Virus record (IMG/VR): IMGVR_UViG_3300046453_000081
Span: 1-64,000 of that record
DNA length: 64,000 nt
Source of the DNA: a virus
Strand: one strand, 5' to 3'
The notes under the pieces are model-generated. The model saw nothing but the letters and a program-made list of their open reading frames with translations. It made no database searches and was not told where the DNA came from. The number at the start of each line of letters is the position of its first letter. Position 1 is the stretch's first letter. The position numbers and the translations under genes were made by a program. This document shows positions 44,299 to 51,287 of this stretch, piece after piece.

Positions 44299-44715
44299 TT
44301 AATATTCTTCTCTAATGAGAATAATCTCTGAATCTTTTTTTGGTAAACTTCTCAACAACCCTGATAAAGTTTCATCATTGTAATCCACACTAATATCTAC
44401 AATACCATAACCATCATTAATGTATTCCATCATTTTATTATATTTATCAGTCAAGTAATCATCGTCTTTTAAAATGTCTTTAATAGTACGTGCTTGACTC
44501 CAACCGTATTGGTAAATAAAATGTCCATCTAATTCTTCCTCTGTTGTAATTGCATTATCAAAATCAAAGAGTTGTTTAACCATAAGGTAAGATGATTTAA
44601 AGATTACAGGAACACTCTCCATTGCTTCTTCAGTTTCTCTTAATCCCTCACTTTTAAATCCAATAACAAAGCTACTGCTAGAACTGTTTGTTACAAATCC
44701 TTTCCGTATCTTCAA
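44299..44715 (-). CDS. FVTNSSSSSF-motif protein C
   Basis: TTG start at 44715 overlapping the upstream TGA: MKIRKGFVTNSSSSSFVIG. Confidence 0.85.
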   Translation of the reverse strand: MKIRKGFVTNSSSSSFVIGFKSEGLRETEEAMESVPVIFKSSYLMVKQLFDFDNAITTEEELDGHFIYQYGWSQARTIKDILKDDDYLTDKYNKMMEYINDGYGIVDISVDYNDETLSGLLRSLPKKDSEIILIREEY

Positions 44716-44987
44716 TCTCGCCACTTCCAATCTATTAAATTTGTATTAACACCAATTTTTTCAAGATATTCAACCATATCAAAGTTGTCCATACTTGTAT
44801 AGAAATCAAGATGCTCTCCATCATCACGAATAGACCAACCATCATATTCATGGCAAGGCTCACCAAACTCCCATGCTCTGTCTTCATGTCCCATAATTAA
44901 CTCTAGTTGAAATGGTGAAATGAATTTTCTACTAATAATAAAACTAGAACTGCTTGAATTTGTTACAAAGCCATTTCTTATCTTCAA
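44712..44987 (-). CDS. FVTNSSSSSF-motif protein B
   Basis: GAGGT RBS, TTG start: MKIRNGFVTNSSSSSFIIS. Confidence 0.85.
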   Translation of the reverse strand: MKIRNGFVTNSSSSSFIISRKFISPFQLELIMGHEDRAWEFGEPCHEYDGWSIRDDGEHLDFYTSMDNFDMVEYLEKIGVNTNLIDWKWRD

Positions 44988-44993
44988 AGTAAA

Positions 44994-45323
44994 TTACCTC
45001 AATTTCTTGAATGCAAATTTTGTCAATGAACTACCAACTTCTTCATCTAATTCATTTTTCAACCAATTAAAGAATTCATCCTCAGTAAATTCTTTAATTT
45101 CATTGACGTTGTTAAGCATAAGCTTCATCATGTAACCATCGGATAGAGCATATTCATACATTTCATTTACTTCAATGTTAATATTTCCTGTTGTCAATTC
45201 AAAAGTAATTTCATTAATGTATGAACTACCATAATCACAGGTTGAGCAACCGCCATATGAATGTGTATCAGTGTATATTTCGTTGATTCCACCATTTTTC
45301 ATTTCTAATATCATTAATATCAC
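44994..45323 (-). CDS. Acidic CxxC protein embedded in the FVTNSSSSSF cluster
   Basis: HSYGGCSTCDYGSSY. Confidence 0.7.
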   Translation of the reverse strand: MILMILEMKNGGINEIYTDTHSYGGCSTCDYGSSYINEITFELTTGNINIEVNEMYEYALSDGYMMKLMLNNVNEIKEFTEDEFFNWLKNELDEEVGSSLTKFAFKKLR

Positions 45324-45336
45324 TCCTAATAGTTTT

Positions 45337-45666
45337 TTATTCTCCTACTTCACCATAATAAAGTTTAACTAAATAAGTAGGTATATCTACATTGAGTTTT
45401 TCTTTTACTTGATTGACAAATTGTTCTTTCATCTGTGGGAGTGTCATAGTTTCCATTAATTCCTCAATATCAATGCCCGCATAACTTACATAATCGTAAT
45501 CGCCATAGAAGTTTACTACTTTGCCATCACTAATACCATAACTACATCTAGGTTTGTCAATTTTTTCTGCTTTCAATAATTCCTCAATAGTATTGTCATT
45601 ACTTACCCCAACAATTACAAAACTACTAGAACTTGAGTTCGTCACAAAACTTTTACGTATTTTCAA
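45337..45666 (-). CDS. FVTNSSSSSF-motif protein A
   Basis: GGGAGGT RBS, TTG start: MKIRKSFVTNSSSSSFVIV. Confidence 0.85.
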   Translation of the reverse strand: MKIRKSFVTNSSSSSFVIVGVSNDNTIEELLKAEKIDKPRCSYGISDGKVVNFYGDYDYVSYAGIDIEELMETMTLPQMKEQFVNQVKEKLNVDIPTYLVKLYYGEVGE

Positions 45667-45682
45667 AATGCATATACCTCCC

Positions 45683-46126
45683 TTATTTTGTCATTGCATC
45701 TTTTACTAGCTGTGAAACTTGCTTCATATCTACCTTACCTTTTAATCTCTGAGACAGGTACTTCATGATATTATCAATTTCACCATTTTCGGCTAAACTG
45801 ATTACATGTGCAATTACTTCTAACACTTCTGTTGCAGACATTTGTTTTGGCAAATATGTTAATAATAACTCTTTTTCTGCAACTTGTTTTGAAGTATCAC
45901 GCCCCGCATTGACCAATGACTCTACTTCTTGATTAATTGTTTTAAGGTTTTTGCTAATTGCATCAATAATGTCTGATTCAGTCAACTCAGTCATTAATGT
46001 TAACTTTTTTTCAACTTTCTTTTTTTCGATAGTCGCAATTAGCATTCTAAGAGTGGACAACTTATCTTTTTCTTTATTACGCATGGCTTGTTTCATATCA
46101 TTCTGAATCGTTTCAATTAGTTTCAT
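45683..46126 (-). CDS. GatB/YqeY domain protein
   Basis: IQNDMKQAMRNKEK..LSTLRML...GR....E..LL..YLPKQMS...KGKVDMK.VS..VK. Confidence 0.88.
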   Translation of the reverse strand: MKLIETIQNDMKQAMRNKEKDKLSTLRMLIATIEKKKVEKKLTLMTELTESDIIDAISKNLKTINQEVESLVNAGRDTSKQVAEKELLLTYLPKQMSATEVLEVIAHVISLAENGEIDNIMKYLSQRLKGKVDMKQVSQLVKDAMTK

Positions 46127-46449
46127 TTTGTTGGCTCTCCTGTCTTTTTCTTTTCATCTTTAAAAGTGTATAATTTTAATGAAAATAATTTTTTAAATGT
46201 TGGAAATGTAATACCAATAATCATTGGTGGAATATCGAATATCATTCTAATAACATGATATAGTCTTAAATCCTTTTTATACTGTCCAATTAAAATATGT
46301 TTATATCCTTTTTTAAAGCCATATTCTGTTACTTCATCCCAAACATCATAAGCACGTAATAGGAAATATATTGCGTAAACAATCCATAGAATCATTTGCC
46401 ACCAAGTTAAAGACACAAGTCGTGTCAACCAAAAATCAATATCAAACAT
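46123..46449 (-). CDS. Membrane protein
   Basis: Hydrophobic segments; likely start at MFDIDFW. Confidence 0.55.
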   Translation of the reverse strand: MFDIDFWLTRLVSLTWWQMILWIVYAIYFLLRAYDVWDEVTEYGFKKGYKHILIGQYKKDLRLYHVIRMIFDIPPMIIGITFPTFKKLFSLKLYTFKDEKKKTGEPTK

Positions 46450-46574
46450 TTTATCACTTCTCCTTTTATAAAAATAACTTACAGATGCTCTCCATAATAC
46501 TGTCAAGAGCAGATAAGAAAACTATCAATATGAGAGTGAATGCAAAGGGGTGTTTGTCTGCAAACTTCCACATA

Positions 46575-46775
46575 TTATTCAGATTCAATCCATTCAAATT
46601 CTAATTCAACTAGGTCTTGAATATGGTCATTCTTGTCTATGAATCTGTACCAAGTATCATTCCATTCTGAAAGACCTACACATGTCACAATCTCACCTAT
46701 TACAAAATCATGCGCCCCTGCTTCTTCGTAATCAATTACTTTTGCTTGTTTTCCTATTTTCATTATATTTAGCAC
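46575..46775 (-). CDS. Small hypothetical protein
   Basis: ORF with RBS immediately downstream of the radical SAM gene. Confidence 0.55.
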   Translation of the reverse strand: MLNIMKIGKQAKVIDYEEAGAHDFVIGEIVTCVGLSEWNDTWYRFIDKNDHIQDLVELEFEWIESE

Positions 46776-46778
46776 TCC

Positions 46779-47867
46779 TTAGACATTAAAAATATTTTTC
46801 TCTTCTCTATTGCACAATGTTATTTGGTTCACTACAGGACATCCACCCATGCATAATTCCCTTTGTTTGCAACCTCCACAGCTATATCTTAAATGATTGC
46901 GGAATTGATTAAATAAATCACTATTCCAACCTTCCTCAATAGAATGAGTATTTAAATCTATTGCCCATCTTTCTTTTTGGTTGTCAAATGAACATGGTAG
47001 CAATTTATTGTCAGGTGTAATATAACAACTGTACCTACTTGCTTCGCAAGCATCTGTACTATCCATATTGATATTCTTATTAAAATTGACTAATCCTGCC
47101 ATATTGCAACTATCAAACCCAATTTGAAAGTCAAAATTCATTTGGTCAATGATGCTATAAAATTCTGCAACCTTTGGGTCATCAACTTTTAATACATTTG
47201 CTTCACTACCTAATCCAACAGGTTTATGCAATAAGAAAACAACCGCATTAATTCCTTTAGGGAAATCATTGTTTTTTAATCTCTCGATAGCTTCATCAAT
47301 ACTATTGTTGCCAAGAACATAATGAATATTGGTTGAGATTCCTGCATCAATAAACATTTGTAATGCTCTATAAGTGTGAGATTGACGATAGAAGCTGACT
47401 GCCACAGAACCCGCAAATTCTTTTGTAATCTCTACTTCCTTCTTAGTTAGTCCAAGCCCACTAGTCGTGTAGTTGGGTGCAATCCCATTTTCTCTACAAT
47501 AACTCATAATTTCAGCAAACGACTCATGCTTGTTGACATCTCCTCTGCCCCCTAAAGCAAACTGAAATGAATTACCTTTTGATTGGTCAACAATTTTTTT
47601 GAAAGTTTCTAAGGACATATTTGGTTCTGTTTTTCCTAATCCGTTTTGATAGCATTCTACTCCTGCTTTAACACATAGACCTGATTTACCATGTATACAG
47701 CTTCCCATAATGCCAACGTCAATTAATTCAGGGTACGATGCCATAAATGGGTCAATCCCTGTATCCTTACCGTTGTCAATGATTCCTGTTCTTACATAGA
47801 ATCCTGTCTCAGTATTAAACATAGATACAAATTTATTTTCCTTATCTACTCTAGTAATCATGCTCAT
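46779..47867 (-). CDS. Radical SAM/SPASM-domain protein with a non-canonical cluster motif
   Basis: CIHGKSGLCVKAGVECYQ, ALGGRGD, YTTSG, KPVGLG; C-terminal CEASRYSCYITPD..LLPCSF...CGGC...LCMGGCP...C. Confidence 0.9.
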   Translation of the reverse strand: MSMITRVDKENKFVSMFNTETGFYVRTGIIDNGKDTGIDPFMASYPELIDVGIMGSCIHGKSGLCVKAGVECYQNGLGKTEPNMSLETFKKIVDQSKGNSFQFALGGRGDVNKHESFAEIMSYCRENGIAPNYTTSGLGLTKKEVEITKEFAGSVAVSFYRQSHTYRALQMFIDAGISTNIHYVLGNNSIDEAIERLKNNDFPKGINAVVFLLHKPVGLGSEANVLKVDDPKVAEFYSIIDQMNFDFQIGFDSCNMAGLVNFNKNINMDSTDACEASRYSCYITPDNKLLPCSFDNQKERWAIDLNTHSIEEGWNSDLFNQFRNHLRYSCGGCKQRELCMGGCPVVNQITLCNREEKNIFNV

Positions 47868-47913
47868 TTTAATGTTCCCCTTTTACTGTTTAGTTTATTA
47901 TATTTATCACTTA

Positions 47914-48252
47914 TTATACACTATAATTATTTGGATGATATTGTAATGATTGTTCAAATCTAATTTCTTCACCATCTTCATTCTTAACAAAATGGTATAC
48001 TCTAACATCTATGCCACACTCAACACAATTCGCTACACCATGTGCTATTCCCCATTGAATATATAGAGATTCATCACACAACCAACATGTTTTAGATGGT
48101 TTTACAAAAGCTTTTAGATATTCATTTAACAAATCTTCTGATATTCCTTTTGGAATTCTTATTAAGTCCTCGACTGTTGCAACAGGAAGCTTTTTTGCTT
48201 CTTCAAGTTTCTTTGCAGTTTCTTCTTTATTCATTGTATTAGTTACCTCCAA
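47914..48252 (-). CDS. Zinc-finger-like protein
   Basis: CWLC...WGIAHG...CVEC. Confidence 0.6.
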   Translation of the reverse strand: MEVTNTMNKEETAKKLEEAKKLPVATVEDLIRIPKGISEDLLNEYLKAFVKPSKTCWLCDESLYIQWGIAHGVANCVECGIDVRVYHFVKNEDGEEIRFEQSLQYHPNNYSV

Positions 48253-49276
48253 TCAGATTATTCACATGCTCAACTGCTGTTTCAAGTCTTTCTTGATAAT
48301 TGCCTGAAATACTGACATAATTAACATAAAATTCTTTTAACAATCCTTTTAGATATTCATTGTTAGATTCACGTATACCTTGTTCCCCATGAACTCTAGT
48401 TCCATCATCCACCCACTTTACATCAGGTTCTAGGAACAACCATAAATCATATTCTTGCATATGAGCGATTGCTTCTAAAATAGGATTCCACTTCTTCAAG
48501 TATAGCAAAGAATAGTATTGAGTGACTATTGCTTCTGTGTCAATAAAAAGAACTTTATTCGCCTTTTGTAATTGCACTTTTTCATGGTATTTATGTTCGA
48601 AAGCTATTTCAGGATAATCAGATGGCAATGTTATATCGTCACATCCACCAAGTCGTTCATAGAAGGTTCTGCCAAATTCTTCTACAAAAGTTGTGTTATA
48701 TAGACTTGCTAAATTTTTAACTAGAGTTGACTTTCCGCAACTTTCCGTCCCTACAATTACTACCTTCTTAGCAAAGTATGGTCTAACAATTTCAGGTAGC
48801 ATGTCCCAATGTTTCATCGCTCCCTCAGTTCTTAGTTCAGTGGCTGATATATTATAATTTTCTCGTTTAGCATCAACAACAACATGTTGTGCTGTCGGAT
48901 ACAGTTTACTAAAGAACTCACCATATTCATGTTCTGAACTGAATACTACATCAATATGTTTGCCAATAGCTTTTTTAATACCATCTGCCCCTTTTTCCCA
49001 ATCCGAGAACTGTCCTGTTTGTTTCTCCTCTATTGCATGAACGTGGACATGGGACATATCCTTTGTTATCTGTTTCCACCATCGTAGTCGAATATTGAAA
49101 GGCACATGCTCCATTTTTGTATTTTTAAATAATACATTTTTCTCAAATTCATCATCATATGAAACTATAATGTGTAATTCGTCCACCATTGTACTTGCCT
49201 TAATCATTGCGTAAACATGTCCATTGTGGATAGGGCTGAATTTACCTCCATAAAAACCAACTTTACCAACTGTCAT
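48239..49276 (-). CDS. nadR: NadR-type NMN adenylyltransferase / ribosylnicotinamide kinase (no HTH)
   Basis: GKFSPIHNGH, ISATELR, GTESCGKST, FIDT, WVDDGTR. Confidence 0.92.
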   Translation of the reverse strand: MTVGKVGFYGGKFSPIHNGHVYAMIKASTMVDELHIIVSYDDEFEKNVLFKNTKMEHVPFNIRLRWWKQITKDMSHVHVHAIEEKQTGQFSDWEKGADGIKKAIGKHIDVVFSSEHEYGEFFSKLYPTAQHVVVDAKRENYNISATELRTEGAMKHWDMLPEIVRPYFAKKVVIVGTESCGKSTLVKNLASLYNTTFVEEFGRTFYERLGGCDDITLPSDYPEIAFEHKYHEKVQLQKANKVLFIDTEAIVTQYYSLLYLKKWNPILEAIAHMQEYDLWLFLEPDVKWVDDGTRVHGEQGIRESNNEYLKGLLKEFYVNYVSISGNYQERLETAVEHVNNLIGGN

Positions 49277-49968
49277 TATCTCTCACCTTGTTCCTTTGAT
49301 AGTTTCAGCCAATTGATGAACCCAAATACCGAGTTGACCAAAAATGCTGACCACATCACTAACATTGCGTAATCGTTCCCGCCTTTTGAAGCCAATACAA
49401 TGAACCACATTGTAACCGATAATACATTTACTACAATCCACAAAACCCACTGTTCTGCAAATCGTTTTAACATTAAAAATTGTGCAATGATAGATAACAC
49501 TACCGCTATTGAATCCAATCTAACCTGTTGCCCACCAATTGCATTTAGAATATAAGCATAAATACTGGAAGTGACCACCATTATTGTAATTAAGTACACC
49601 CAACCTTTATTTGTTAAACGATTAACTATAACATCTTCACCTTTAACACTGTTATCTGTCTTATGCTTGCTCCACATATAGATACCAATAAATTGAATTG
49701 GAAGATAGAATAAGCCATTTAGCATTGACTCTCCGTATAATCCATATGTGTAGGAGATATACGTGTAGGTGACTGTTTGAACAATACCAAAGTAGTAGTT
49801 TGATATTTTGCCTTTTGCAACAAGCAGAACGCAAAGCATACCTGTTATTGAACTTACAAGTCCAATTAATGAATCATGGAGTGCAATAAAGAGATATATG
49901 TTTACTCCTGTGAATGTTAATAGCCACATCTTTTCGAATAGTGTCCAATCCTTTAGTAATTTGTTCAT
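49276..49968 (-). CDS. pnuC: Nicotinamide riboside transporter PnuC
   Basis: Multi-TM protein; LVAKGKISNYYFG, LYGE, Q..G...W, EQWVLWIVVN, G..NW; adjacent to nadR. Confidence 0.92.
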   Translation of the reverse strand: MNKLLKDWTLFEKMWLLTFTGVNIYLFIALHDSLIGLVSSITGMLCVLLVAKGKISNYYFGIVQTVTYTYISYTYGLYGESMLNGLFYLPIQFIGIYMWSKHKTDNSVKGEDVIVNRLTNKGWVYLITIMVVTSSIYAYILNAIGGQQVRLDSIAVVLSIIAQFLMLKRFAEQWVLWIVVNVLSVTMWFIVLASKGGNDYAMLVMWSAFLVNSVFGFINWLKLSKEQGER

Positions 49969-49998
49969 TATAATTATCACCCTTCATGTTTAAGTTTT

Positions 49999-50796
49999 TT
50001 AATAAAAACAACCATATCCAATCTGTACGTTTAGGTTTCCCCAATATCCATTTATAGCCTGTGCTTCCAACACTCTATATTCAAAGTTTTTGGGCATACT
50101 GTAGGAGATAAACCACATAAATAATTCAAACATATCTCCTCCGCTTAGATAATCATTACCTTTAGTTAGCTTTTTACCATACATTGTACAACCATGTTCA
50201 ATAAGTATTTCTAATGCTTCCTCTTCAATTTCTGAATCTTGATATTCTGTTGCTATTTGTCGCCAACTACCATATCCGTTGCATTCAGGTAATCCAGTAT
50301 AGTTTTCATTATGATTTAATTGCAATCCAATCTTTTTACATGTGTCCTTGTATGCTTGCTGTAAATCTTCAACTGGATAGTTTGAAATAATATAGTAGTC
50401 ACTGCTTTGATTGTGACCATCACATGACCAATCACCAATAGGCACTTTCAATATATGTTCTGTCATCGTTATTTTTCTCTCCCTGTTAGGTTATTTTTCA
50501 GTAGAACTCCTCAACCCTAAAGCTAATTCGATTACTTGAATATAGTAATCATCCCAATTTTTATCAGGCAACTTGTAATCTAGACACCCTTCTTGTCTAA
50601 GTAGGTTTCTAACGTTTGTTCCCCAACCATGATGATATGGGATTGCCCATTCTATCTCTCCATCTTGCTCATACGCATTTTTGATTTCATCTATTTCTTC
50701 TTGTTCAAATTCCTTTTGAATTAATTTAACACATTCTTCTAAGAAATCTTTTGGTATTTCTGACAACTTTTCGTCATAATATGCTTTATTCGACAT
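49999..50796 (-). CDS. Two conserved phage hypothetical genes (49999-50466, 50491-50796)
   Basis: IGDWSCDGH...IGYGCF; HHGWGTNVRNLLR...DDYY. Confidence 0.65.
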
Positions 50797-50874
50797 GGTT
50801 TTCCTCCTATGTTCGTTATATAATACAATACGTGGATATGAGTCTAGTAAAGGATTCAGAATATTCCAAATATG

Positions 50875-50902
50875 TTTACTAATTGTAAAAATCTGTTATA
50901 AT
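50875..50902 (+). promoter_or_regulatory. Extended -10 promoter for the plus-strand endonuclease
   Basis: TG-N-TATAAT at 50894-50902, TTTACT upstream, GGGGAG RBS downstream. Confidence 0.55.
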
Positions 50903-50915
50903 AATATTATGGGGA

Positions 50916-51287
50916 GTGAATTATATGATTTCAAATAATAATAAGTTATTACAAGGCAATATCGGTTTAGGTATCGCTATATCATACTTCACTTTAAATG
51001 GCTGTATAGTTAGCATACCTTTAAACGATATTCAGGATTATGATTTAATCGTAGACTTTGGAGATAGCAAACCAACTAAAATTCAAGTTAAGACTACAAC
51101 TTGTATAGAAAGAGGTAAATACAAGGTTGCCTTAAAAACAACTGCTAAACTTTTTACAAACAATCAATCAGACTATTTATTCGTTGTTGATGGTGATGGC
51201 AATAAATATTTAATACCAAGAAGTAAGGTGAAGGCTAGTAGTGCAATTGTTTTAGGGAACAATTATTCTAAATATGTGGTTTGTTAA
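50916..51287 (+). CDS. PD-(D/E)XK endonuclease (group I intron-associated type), free-standing and antisense to neighbours
   Basis: QGNIG...VSIPL.D...YDLIVD...KIQVKT...DYLFVV. Confidence 0.8.
   Translation: MNYMISNNNKLLQGNIGLGIAISYFTLNGCIVSIPLNDIQDYDLIVDFGDSKPTKIQVKTTTCIERGKYKVALKTTAKLFTNNQSDYLFVVDGDGNKYLIPRSKVKASSAIVLGNNYSKYVVC

Noticed and set aside
44299-45666. Type IV prepilin-like leader (K.GF) reading of the shared N-terminal motif
   Set aside because: No long hydrophobic helix or Glu+5 follows, and two of the four proteins have SF rather than GF.
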